From positions 747,814 to 811,813 of the forward strand of contig JAAOMT010000786.1 in assembly GCA_016748015.1 (NCBI GenBank): a stretch of 64,000 nucleotides of DNA. The letters are read 5' to 3'. A program made the translations under genes and the position numbers. Positions 22,501-35,269 of the stretch are shown one piece after another. Within the stretch, counting starts at the first letter, position 1; each line of letters begins with the position of its first letter. The DNA is from Geosiphon pyriformis uo1. Its lineage: Eukaryota; Fungi; Glomeromycota. Under the pieces are notes generated by a model. That model made no database searches and was not told where the DNA came from. It saw only the letters and a list, made by a program, of their open reading frames with translations.

Positions 22501-25500
22501 GTAGCAGCTTGTTATAATAAGTATATCTAATACACCTAAATACTTTCCAAGATACAGTTATATACACCAGAAATTTTGAATTAGCCAAACTTGAAGTCAA
22601 TTACATTCAAGCCATAAATCTAGTAATAAACAAATTGTCTAAATTAGATACTAAATTAAAACAATTTAACAAAGTCATCAATCAGAAAATTGAGAAATAC
22701 TTAACTAATAATCAAGTTATTTATTAGCTTTTATAATATTACAACAATCAAGAAAACTTCAATTGTTTCCAAAATCAATTATGTTTGTCATTATTATCAA
22801 ATCAACTATGATAACAAAAAACATGTAATTGTCACTATTGTAATAAATAAAATTATCTAAAAACAGATTGTTACTTTAGATTTAATAATCAATAATTGAA
22901 AAATTAATATTAAAACTCCAATTACAGATTTCAAACCCAAAATTATATCAATAATTTGTTATCAGAATCATATTCATATTAGTCACATTATTTTAAATAA
23001 TACAATAACTAATATATATACCTCTTATTTATCAGATTTCAGTATTAGTAATCTATTAATTATAGCCACAAGTAATTTATTAACTCCAATTAATTTAAAA
23101 ATTACCACAAAACTCAGTTTCAATATTAACCAGAAATCAAAAACTGAAAATTATATACACACAACAGAACTGAAAATTAATGATAATTATACACCAACTA
23201 ATCTTCAGTTTTTTAAACCAGTCATCAGAATTATGCCAATAGAGTTCAAAAAGTGGATATATCCAAAATCTGAATTTTTAAAACTATTTAAGCTTCTTGA
23301 TTATTCCAGAAAACAACTTTTTTAACAACTTAGAAACCAATTACCAATCACTTATTAACAACATTTTATTAGCAACCATTACAGAAAATAAATAACTAGT
23401 CACTATTTTTCTATTCAAGTTGAAAACCCAATTAAAAACCTTATTATTTAGTGGAGCCATTCTCAACACCAAACTTATTACAGTTATATATACTAATACT
23501 AAAGTTGATGGCCATTCTATTAAACTAATCTTTGATAGCAGATCAGTAAACAGCATTATTATATAATAATTCATGAACCAATTAGATTACTGAGTTGATT
23601 GTACTGTTAGTGCCAAAATTATTACAGTTAATAAAGCAATAAAAACTTCTATTGGCAAAATTAACAACTTTCTTTTTAAAGTTAATGGTATTATCACATT
23701 TATCAAAGTTCTTATTATAAAAGTTATGCAATACTAAGCTTTTATTGATAATGACTAACTGTTTAAGACTAATGCTGTACTCAACTAGATCATACAAAAG
23801 CTATAACTCAGTCAAAATAGTCAGCATATTTAGATATCAGCTACTTGTGGCCACTTCAAAACAAACACTACCACCCAATAACCACTAATAAAATTCAAAG
23901 AAAAAAAAAATCCTATCTAGAAAGCCTATTAAGTCTTATGAACTAAAGATAAACACAATAAACTATTATTAATACTTTCTTGAAATAAGAAGAAAAAAAA
24001 AGATAACAAATTTTAAGCTACCACTTTTACAAAGAAAATAAATAATAATTGATATGTTTTGTACTTAGTAAAACAAGAAAAAAACTGCCTTATATTTTAC
24101 TTAAATGTATTAATTATAAGAAAAAATTTTTATTTATGAAGCTTAAATATTATCTAAAAAATATTACTGGACATGTACTTATTACTATTACAAATCATAT
24201 CACAGAAAATACTTTTGTTATTTTAAATAACAAAAAAAGTAAGACAATAAACTATGTTTTATTTGTAAAGAAACACTGCTTGACAAAAGAATATGAAATA
24301 ATATTTCTAATTATGGAGGAATATATAATGTATTATGTTAATATATAATCTTTATAAGTAACTAAGTAAGTTGAAAAATGCTTTTTAATGTTATATGGAT
24401 GGTTATTTATATAATAAAAACAAAATTTGGCAAATAACAAATGCCAAAGTTGAAGATGTTTTATCCAGCAAAATACTTGTTATTAAAAACAACTTATTAA
24501 AATCTGTTAAAATTGTTCTTATTTCCAATCCAAATATATTTATTAACATTTTAAGCAATTTAAAACAATTCTATAAATACGACCAAAATTTAGCATTCAC
24601 TAAAGAAAAGCAAGAACAGTATTTAAAACAACTAAATATTAGATTCTGTAAATATTGTTTAATTCTTAATAATTTTAAATATTGTGATGATTATAATCTT
24701 ATTTACAATTTACTATTATGCATAATTTATTCAAATTTTAAAGAAAAAGAACCAATCAGTAAGTGTGTTTTAGAATTAAAATTAAAATTCAATTGTAATT
24801 CAAATTCTAACAATAATAACAATAATAGTTCTAATATTATTCACTATGGCAACAATAATAACAATGATTTAAATTTCAATTACAACTCTAAACAATATAT
24901 TGTATTCTTAAATCTTTTAAAGAAGCAAGAACTTAAATAGTTCAACAATAATAATAAAGATATCATGCCAAAATATATATATAATACCAATACAAGATTT
25001 GATTTTAGATATTTTGAAAAAACTGCTATCAGATTAGAATCTTACTTACATATTAGTATAAATTTAAGAAATTTAAGAGATTTTAATAAAGCTTAATATT
25101 AAAAGAAGGAAATAATATTATTTATAAAAATTAAGAATTATAATAATAGATAAAATAGCCAATTAGAAATAAGTATAGTAAAAAGAAAAATTTCAAAATT
25201 CCAAAATTTCAAGATTTTTTTTAAAAAATTACAGGATTTCAAAAAATCTTGTATAACATAAATTATATATATATAGTAAAAATATTAAAAACAAAAAAAG
25301 TAATTTTAAGAAAATTTAATAAAATAAATAGAATTTATTAGAGTTCAAAAAAAAACAATACTTTTCTCTTTAAAAAATAATTTTTTATAACTTGAAGTGA
25401 AATTATTCTCATATTAATAAAACATTTATTATTATCCAAATCTATGTTATTATTACTTAATTAAAAAAATATTAATCTATTCTACTCTATTTACTTTTTA

Positions 25501-25935
25501 TGTTAATAAAATTCAATATTTAACTATATTGAAACAATAGCTCTTGATTATAACTATTAATAAAATACTAATTTTTTTGTTTTTTTTTTGTTTTTTTTTG
25601 TTTTTTTATTTTGTTTCTTTGTTGTTTACTAATTAATTAAAAAAATTAAGTGTTAAGTATTTAATATTAAAAATAGTCTGATAAAAAACCTGAAAACAAA
25701 AATAAAAATTTAAGAATAGTTTAGTAGAAAAACACAACTGTCAGAATAAACTGGTCATCATGCTAAAAAAAATTCACAGAAAAAACCATCAATTAAATCT
25801 TTATCTATTATATAAAAAACTCAACTAAAACTTTTAAACTCCAAAATTTTCAGAAATTACAGATATTTTTAATTATTGAGCATCAAATTATGAATTTATT
25901 ATTTGTTATAATACTCCAAATAATCATTTGTAACA
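19524..25935 (+). mobile_element. Decayed non-autonomous LTR element 'C' (gag-PR-Cys-rich-truncated dUTPase; no RT/RH/IN)
   Basis: LTRs 19524-20337 and 25116-25935; TSD ATAT/ATAT; PBS TGGTGCTCTTTGTAAG at 20340; PPT AAAAGAAGGAAATAA at 25101-25115; PR remnant IKLIFDSRSVNS near 23520; dUTPase start near 24960-25070. Confidence 0.88.
20800..21607 (+). mobile_element. Solo LTR 'D' inserted in gag of C
   Basis: Starts TGTTATTCATAG like the C LTR and ends TATAATA (decayed TGTAACA); TSD TCAT/TCAT; no PBS or PPT. Confidence 0.85.
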
Positions 25936-26690
25936 ATATTAAACAAATTTTTAACAAAGTAATAAGCATTTTTAGAAACAGGTCTGTTTTCAATGCTAAA
26001 AAAAACAACATAATATCTGAAAAGCCAAAATAAACTTAGAAGCAATAGCAATATTAATATAAAAATTAGCTTATTTATTTCTAATAACACCAGAGTGGTT
26101 TTTAACTTTTTTCCAATTGACTAATAAATTTTTTTTTAAAATAACTTGGCAAATGTATTTTTTCTCAATTCAATACTTACTGTAAAAATTAGAACCAGGT
26201 TTTTTCTTGTTGAAACAACATATATTTAGCAATATTTGGCTGTTTGTAAACAAAATAACAAAGTAAAAAGTAAACACACAATTCAAAACAAAAGTAATGA
26301 CTTGTAATTTTACCAAAGTCAAAAAAAGCAAACCATTTATCTTAACTCCAACACTTATGTTAATATTTGAAAAGTAAGCAGCAGCATCTCTATAAGCATC
26401 TACCAAACTTAAATTTTTAACAGAGCCATTTATATAAACATTTATACTACTCAACCCAAAGTTCAGTAGATGTTCTTTAACATAACCTAAATCACAAAAA
26501 CAGTTAGCAGAAGTTGAACAAAGGGCCAACATTCTACCATCTACCAAGCCACTATTCTTAATAAACTTGGCCAGCAAACTAAACCAGCTAGGAATTGGAC
26601 CTCTAGAGTTTAGTCTTTTCCATTTGCGGAAAGTGTTCCACGAAAAGCATGTGCCACGACGATCCAAAAGCTGGTTAACGAAAATGATGC
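25936..26690 (-). mobile_element. 5'-truncated LINE ORF2 fragment with RNase H domain
   Basis: ORF 26170-26667: VYINGSVKNL (from YTDGS), LVKLQVI (from ELQAI), LFTNSQ (from TDSQ). Confidence 0.8.
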
Positions 26691-27369
26691 CGAGGTCTCA
26701 CCATACTCATATAATCATTCAATCCCAATTTGTTGTTGTTGTTGAAGTTTAATTTTTTTTAAATTTTAAGTTTAAAATAATATATAATTTAAACAATTGA
26801 TTTTTAATTATAATTATAATTATAATTTTTAACTTTAATAATTTTTGTTTATTTGTAATTATGATTAAATCAAAAATTAAATAGTTTGATAAAAATAAAA
26901 TCCAAATTTCAATTAAGAATTTTAGCTTTCAAACTGATAAAATAAGTATTAATATTAATATAATATGAATGCTTTGAAAAAGAAACGATTCATCAATCTG
27001 TATTTCTTTTATTTATTGTCATTTGTGCAAGTATTCTCTGTTATGTGGAATATATCAGATTTTCTTTCTCTTCTTGTGGTTATGGACCTGGTCCAATCAA
27101 CGAGATCTATAAAACACTGAAAGATCGTTACAGGTTGAGATTACCAGACGGTGGTGTAGAAAGCGGAAATCCCCATTTTGAGTAGTGTCTTCAAGCTTCT
27201 CGACTCTTTCCAAAAATGGTATTTTGTTCGCGAGATATAGATCACCAAGGATCGGCTCGCCACATTTTTTATATAAAAATCAATGTACATCTTATTTCCT
27301 TTTGGGCTTCACATTGTTCAAGTACATTCTCTCGCAAAACAAACATCTATCAAGGTTGTCTACACAAAT

Positions 27370-30300
27370 ATGGTTTCCCCAATTATCCCGCGAAAAGGAT
27401 TCCAAATTCCTGAAGCAGTTCACCCACCAATACCCGGTGAAAGTCACCGGTATTATGGAAATATTCATGTCAAACAAGTGAGGCTTCCGTCCAATTATTC
27501 CACTTCAGCTAACCAAAGAACTTCAGCTCCAAGTTCAGAGGAAAAAAAGCCTAGCGATGGCAACATGACCATTCACGAAGCAGCTGCCGCCGGCAATCTC
27601 GAGCGTGTACGAGAGTTACTGGATCCTCAAGGCGTTGATCAAACTTCGGGTTCCCTCTGGAAGCCTAACGAAGTCAATGTGGCTTCTGGCTTCACACCAC
27701 TACATTATGCATCTTCTAGAGGTCACCTAGCCGTTGTAGAATATTTAGTAGATGTCGCGGGTGCATTTATACATCCCGATGATCCAACAGGAGAGGTAAT
27801 AAAGTTCTTAAATTCAATAAAACAATAAATAAATTGATATTACTAAGAAAATTTAATGTAAATCTAATATCTGTGATATGATAATCTAATGGGTTTGAAT
27901 AATAATTTGAATTTCGAAAAATAATCATAGACCGCTTTGCTGAAAGCCTCTTATAATGGTCATACCTCTGTAGTTGCTTTTCTTCTCCAAAAGAATGCCA
28001 ACGTTGATGAAAAAGATAATGACGGTTGGACGGCCCTTCACAATGCTGCATCTCAGGGCCACCTCAAAATAGTCCAATATTTACTGGATGAAACTACTGC
28101 CGATGTTGATGTGAAAAATATAAAAGGACATACTCCGTTAAGTAAGCTGGTTCACACGGGTCAAAATTTGAATAATTTCCGAACAATTCTAATATCTTTT
28201 GATTTTTGAAAGTGAACGCCGCATCTAAAGGACATATTGCGATTGTGGAATATCTTCTTCGATCTCAAAAGGCAAATCCACTAATAAAAAATAGTCTTGG
28301 GGAAGCTGCCTATGATGTGGCAGCCACTAGTCAAAATATTTATATTTGTGAAATACTCGAAAGGGCTGAACGCGAATGGTGGAAAGGAAAAAAGACTTTG
28401 CCAGAACGTTTGTATTTCAAATTTTATTTTATTATCTCTTCATGCTAGATCTAGATTATTCTCACACAAATAATTTTAAAATCTCAGCGGGGTCTCTTGC
28501 AGAGCTTGTTGCAACCCCAGCTATGAACCAACCCTATGATGTGCTTGCTTTTCATATTTCTGTCCCTGTCGTTCTTCATGAGAACCAGCGTGCCTCCAGC
28601 ACCTTTTCGATTCTTCGTGGACCTCCTAAATATTCGGCGGCGACCCGCGGTGATACTAGAGGCCCTTGGTCTTTACCTAATGGTAAACCGATGATGAAAG
28701 AAGATGTTGATCTTCCCTGGGGGGTGAACTCATCTTCCGCATCAACCTTAATTAATGCCACATCATCAAGGACACGAACTTGGTGTTGGTATTCCGATTG
28801 GCAAATTGATTTTTCACATCCTAATATAGACGCAGATGGATGGCAATATGCTCGAAGTTTTGAAGAAACTGATCAAATGTGGGAATCCGTACCTCCTTCG
28901 AATAGCAGTAATTGGGTACGGAGGAGAAGATGGGTACGGATCATGAAACGTAACGCTCCACACTTAGACAATGGCCTTTATTTCCCTCTTTTAAAACCGG
29001 ATTATGTTGAGCAAGCTGAATCAAATATATCCGTCAAAGCTAAAATCTCTCACCATGATTCCTCGGATTATCTTGAGCAAGCTGAAGCAATTATCAATAA
29101 AGATCACGGTAAAGGTAAAGCTGTCAATCTTTCTACCAACGAACAGCTACTCCGGTATAAACATGCAATTAGTATCTTATTTCGTGGAGTTAATGGTGAG
29201 CTTCTCAAAAATATATGAAATGACATTTCCTTATGTTACCTTACTTATGTTTTTTAATGATTCACAGGCGATACGAATGAACAACGCCAATTCGAAGCAT
29301 ATTCTTTGTTGGGTACTTTTCTCCAGCATGCACAATTTCTAGAAAAATTGTTAGACGGTCAAGGAGATGTTTCAAGCTTCAAAGATGTTCCAATCACTCC
29401 TAGTAACCAAACGCCCACGAGTTACTTCTCACCATTGAGTCGCTCAAGCACCGATATTGGAAATCAAATTACAAACATCCAGGCTGAATCCACTACCAGC
29501 CTTGAAAGTTTTCAAACAACTGAATTGTATTGGAATCCTGACTCAAATGAAAATACTCGTAATCCTTCTCACATTTTTTCGAGATCAACAACTTTGTCAA
29601 ATCAAGTGGAACCTATAACAGGTCTTAATACTACATCAGTTTCTGCTAATGATCTATCTAATCCCTCTGGAACTTGGGAACATGACGAAAACGTCCATAA
29701 GTGTCGTCTTTGCCCTCGGAAATTTGGATTGTGGGTCAGAAGACATCATTGCAGGTTTGTTTATCTCTACGTGTAAGATTTTAAAATCTCGAGGAGTACT
29801 CGCTCTGATCCTTACCGAAACCAACGTATAATCATCAGAAAATGTGGTCAAGTGGTTTGTGATCGCTGTTCAACTTCTCGAGTTCCTCTTTCACCCACAG
29901 AAGTTTTAAGTGATCCTTCGGGGACCACTGATACGAACGGACCCCAAGGCCCGCAATTTCATCGCGTGTGTGACTCTTGTTACTATGCAATGGGTTCTCC
30001 TGCGATCCATAGGTCAAACAGCTTCAGTGCATCTATTACATCTGGGTCATCTATACATCATCATCCAAGACGATTAAGTAACAGCTCGACGATGACGGAA
30101 TGTCCAGCTTGTCGTGTTAGACTGAGCAAAGTCTCTGGTAACAAAGCTGGACAAGAAGAGCATGTGAAGAATTGTTTGGAAAGCAGGAATGGAAATAACG
30201 TGAGCGGTTATAACTATGTGGGTGAGCAAGCCGCTTTTTGGTCTTAAGCAAAATAAACTTGACAATAAGGGCCCAAAAAAGAACCGCGATAAGACCCTAC

Positions 30301-30936
30301 TAAACAATTATTTGGCAAACCATTATTATGACTTAATCTGGTCTCCTGTATTGTTTACTCTATCAAATGCTCTTGTAATCAAAAATCGTTTCCTCCGTAC
30401 GTATCGATCTTGACTTCGCCCGATACGAACTGTTATTACCTCTGACAAACACAGTATACAAGCTCCCCCAGAACAACCCCATCATTGGCCAAGAATGCCC
30501 CATTTGTTTCGAAGAATTTCTTACCGGTATGAACATTTGGGACTTAATTTTGTTTCTGTTATTTTCTTTATTTTATTGTATTTTAAAGGGAAAAAAGGAG
30601 GCATTTGTATCTGATACCCTGATACCTGTTCCACTATAAAATCACGCTTTGATATTATTCGCTTTCCTTATTTCAATATTCTTGGTTTCTGCCTCTTTTT
30701 TTGGCCAATTCTTTTTATCTATTCTTTATCATCTTATTGGTTTTCCTTTTTGGTGATCGCCTTCCCGCGGCCTCATTTTTATCTTATGTGATAATAACCA
30801 ACACCACCACCACCACCACAACCCACCGCTTCTAGGGCAAACCGTAACTCGGCTTAACTGTCTGTGTTCATATCATTATCACTGTATACATGGATGGTTC
30901 GCGCGGGGTAAAGAATGTCCGGTGCATTATCGATGA
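27370..30936 (+). CDS. Ankyrin repeat - DysF - FYVE - RING-H2 E3 ubiquitin ligase (Pib1-like), 8 exons
   Basis: Exons ~27370-27795, 27931-28141, 28213-28407, 28488-29195, 29268-29754, 29839-30221, 30455-30526, 30836-30936 with GT-AG introns. TPLHYASSRGH ankyrins; DADGWQYA...WVRRRRW DysF; WEHD...RRHHCRKCG...RVCDSC FYVE; CPICFEEF...CLCSYHYHCI...CPVH RING-H2. Start codon uncertain (27283, 27370 or later). Confidence 0.9.
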
Positions 30937-32609
30937 TCCCAACTTTTTGCTATCAGGATTTCTTCAGCTTTTTCTTCCTGAATAAGAATAGTTACTTTTT
31001 TTATTTAATTTACTTTCGTTGATTGTTCCATTTTTATTATAGAGGATCTAACATCCTTTTGGCAGCTTTCAGGCGGACTTTACGTATAAAAAAATGTGCA
31101 ATAAGAAATGGAAGTTGTGAATAGCTTGTACAGTGAAATCACTTTGTACGATATCATTTTGGTAGATAATCTATTTTAGAATATACCTTCATCTGTATTC
31201 AATAAATAAAGGGATTAGATGATTTAAGTTGACCAATTTATTAATTCTAAAACTTAAATATAATAATAATAATAATGTAAAATTTTTAAACTTAAAACAA
31301 ATATTTAAATAACTCAAAAATATTATTTAAGATGAAATTGAGAAATATTGTTGCTTTTTTTCAAGTAAAAAGATTTTGATATTTAAAAATCATATTTTTA
31401 TTTTTAATGTTTTTAACAAATAATTGTTTATTTGTTAAATAAAATTTATAAAAAAATTCGACTAAAAATATTGTATTTAAATTCTAATTAATAATAAAAT
31501 AATGATTATTTTTGAAATTTTATTAATAATTTAAAATTTGTAATATTATATAATATTTATTTGTTTAATATTTATATTACAAATAATAAATAACATATAA
31601 TTTAAATAAAAAAATTCATTTATTTTTAATAATATTATAAAATATAATATTATAAAATCTTAACACATAATTAATCATTTAAATTTAAGTAAATAAATAT
31701 TTATTTATTTTTTAAATTTAAACTATTTAGTATTTTTATTTACTAAAATAATTTACAAATATTTGTTTAATATAAATATATTTACATATTTAATTTTTAT
31801 TGTTTTTTTATAAACCATTTTTTGTTATTATTTACATATTATACAAATTTTTTAAAATAAATAATAATAAAAAATAGTTTTTTAAAACCATAAATATTTA
31901 AAAAATAAGTTTTTTTAATTTTAAAGATTTGGTTCTTATATAATTATTTTGGTATTAAAATATATTTTAATATTAAAATAATAATTATTAACTTAAATAT
32001 ATATATTAAAATTAAGTTTATTTAATTTGATTTTTGTAATTATTATTAAATAAAAAACAATACATTAAAAATATTATTTATAATAAGAATTTAAATATTA
32101 AGTATATTAAAATAAAAGATTATTTTAAAATTATAAACAATAATTATATTAATATATTTATAAATAATACTATAATTTAAAGTTTATATTATTTATTAAT
32201 ATTAAAAAAAATGTTTTTTATAAATAATAAAGTAATTTTTAAATATTTATTAATAAAAAAACTTGTTTAATTTAATAAGTTTTAATTAAAAACTTAATTG
32301 TAAAAATAAATATATTAATAAATTTTTAATAAAAAATTATAATATTACTGATCTTTAAACATATTTCATAAAATATTTTCATAAAAAGTTGTTAATAATT
32401 ATAAAAAAAACTTTTTAATTTTAAATATTTATATATTTTAATTTTTTATTTGTTATATAATACTATTATTAATAATTGTATTTATATAATTATTGTTAAA
32501 AATTTTGTTTTTAAGATTTAATTTTTTAAATTATTCTTAGTATTTAATAATAATATTAAAACTAAATTATATATAATAAATTTTATTTATAATTTTGTTA
32601 TAAAACACA

Positions 32610-34853
32610 AAAAAATATACTTTTTGTTTTTTTAATTTTATAATTATAACCAAAATAAAGAATAAAAAAGCTACAACTAGTATCTTTTGGTATTTAATAA
32701 AATTTTATTCAAAAAAGTTTTTTCTGTTGTGAAAGCAGTTAGATAAAATGTTTTAGAAGTTTTTTTTTTAATTTATAATAACAAAAAACTATTATTAAAA
32801 ATTATGTATATATTTTTTTTTTTACTAATCAAAATTTTACTAAAAAAACACACATGAGTTAGTTTTAATGTTGTCTTTACTCCTTTTAAGAGCCCAAAAA
32901 TTTTCAATAACAGACTAATTAATAAGTTGGTTTTTTTCACTATAATTGCTATTTGGTGCTGCTAACATTATTACTTTAAAAAATACCAAAAATTCAAAAA
33001 AATAAAAACAGTTATTTATTTTTATTATTATTATATTAAATTTTTTTGTGGTTTTAATAAAATTTTGAATAAAATTTCTATTGTATAATCTAGTATAACA
33101 TCTAAAATAGGCCAAAATTAATCACTAGTTGTATTGTTAAATATAGTATCTTTTGGTAAATTATTGTTAGTTTTAAAAGCAAAACAACAGTTTTTTGTTG
33201 GATTATCTGTTCTTAGAAATTGGACTGACCAAATAGAAATTGAAGCATTTTTTTTGTTGGTTTTGCTATTACTAATAGTGTTTAGAAAACTATTTTTAGT
33301 TATTAAAGATTTATTAAGTAGATAGTCTTTACTTTAGTGCTTGATACAATTTTTAAGATTAAATTGACTTATATTAAGATTGTTTTTTAATTTGTACATG
33401 GTTTTTTGAATGTAAAATCAGTATTAAAAAATAATATAAAGTTTTTTTATATAAAGTTTGCTTCTCAAAAATTTTTAAAAGCTGCTTTTCTAATTAAACT
33501 TATAAATTTTATTTGTTTAACCACTTTTAATATTGTCAAATCTTTAATGATTTTAAATATTGGTTCTTTTTTTGCTATTATTACACTATATAATATGTTT
33601 TTAAGTATGTTTATTATTAATATTAAAACAGTATTTAGTAAGTTTGGTAAAATTACCTATATTATACTAAAATTTGCTGGTATTTAACAATACATTATTG
33701 TTTATTTCAAAGAACTAAATACTATAGTATCTGTTTTAAATTATTAATTAGTATTAATGAGTAAAAATAATGTTAAAATTTTTTTTGGTAAATTAAAATG
33801 AAATTATTTTGTTTTATAATAAATTAAAACCAAGTTAATCAATTTTTTTTCTGATTGTATTGTTTTTAAAATTAATAATATAATTTTTTAGATTAGTAAT
33901 CAGACATGTTTTATTCTTTACTTTTTTAATTTTGGTTATTGTTTCTGGTTTGTTTTGATTATATTTAGATTTTAAGTTAATTTGAATATTATAGTAATTA
34001 AGATTAATATAATAAAAAAGTATTATATTTGATAGAAAACTCTTAATTATTAATACTGTTTTAAGTATCAAAAAATAAGCCATTTGGCTGTAAACTATAA
34101 AGTGTTTTTATCTTTTTTTCTAAGATTTTCAAAGTATTTATATCATGTTTTGTAAATGCTAAGTTTTATGCCAAAACTCCTGCTCTTTTGAGTTTTTATC
34201 TCTAATAACTTTTGTTTTCTTTTTTGTAATTGTTAATAATTCTTTGGTTTTTTTATAGCTGACCTTTTTAAAAGCTAATTTGGCCAAATTAACTACATTA
34301 GTTAAATTTATTACTGCATTTATTAGTCTTATGTTTATTGTTTTTAAACAATTTATTAAGAGAAATTTTATTTTAAACAGTGTTTTTAGTTTTAAAATTA
34401 ATAAAATTTTGATATATATAAAAGTTTTTAACAAAGCTATTAATAAGTTAAAGTGAAAAATATTTACATTAAAAATTAAATATAGTTATAATAATATTAA
34501 TATATCTGGTTCTTATGTGAATTTGTTTATTGTTAATAATAATATGTTTTTAATTTGTTGTTGCTTTAAAAACATAAATTTGTTAATATTAAGACTAATG
34601 CTTTTAAAACAGCTAATTAGTTGGTTATATTGGTTTTTAACAATATTATTCTGTTTAAAATTGTTTAAAAATGTTTTTTTTGAGTAGATTTTCTTTTAGA
34701 GTTTTAATTTAATATAGTTTAAACTGACTTGAATAGCTAATTATATGTAAAAAAGATATAAATATTATTTAGTATTAAAATACTTAATTTGTTTCTAATT
34801 TCTAAATAGTAATTGAATTATATTCATTAAATATATAATAATAATAATAATAA
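32610..34853 (+). mobile_element. ORF1-only non-LTR retroposon, copy 1 (decayed), (TAA)n tail
   Basis: Collinear with 58890-61160 over ~2.2 kb; ends in ATAATAATAATAATAATAA. Confidence 0.75.
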
Positions 34854-35269
34854 ACACAAATTAAATATTTAGTTACTAAATTTCAAGTTTAAAATTAATT
34901 ATATAAAAAAACTTAATTGTTAATAACAGATTAATTTTAATTAATATTTATAATTTTGTTAAACTTAATTTTAAAAATTTAATTAAATAAAATTTTTGTT
35001 AAAAAATATTATATTGGTTTTGGTTTTATTGTCTATTTGCAATTATTTTTTAAGAAGTTTTATAAATATTATTATCTAAATAAAAAATTAACTAAATATA
35101 AAAAAACATAATTAATATATAATAAAATACATAATAATATAAAATAACAAATTATAATTAATAATAGCAATATAATATATAAATAACAAAAATTTTAAGT
35201 TTTTAAAACCTATTTTATATAATAAAAAAATATATATATAAATAGTTTTAATTTTAAAAAAAAATATTT

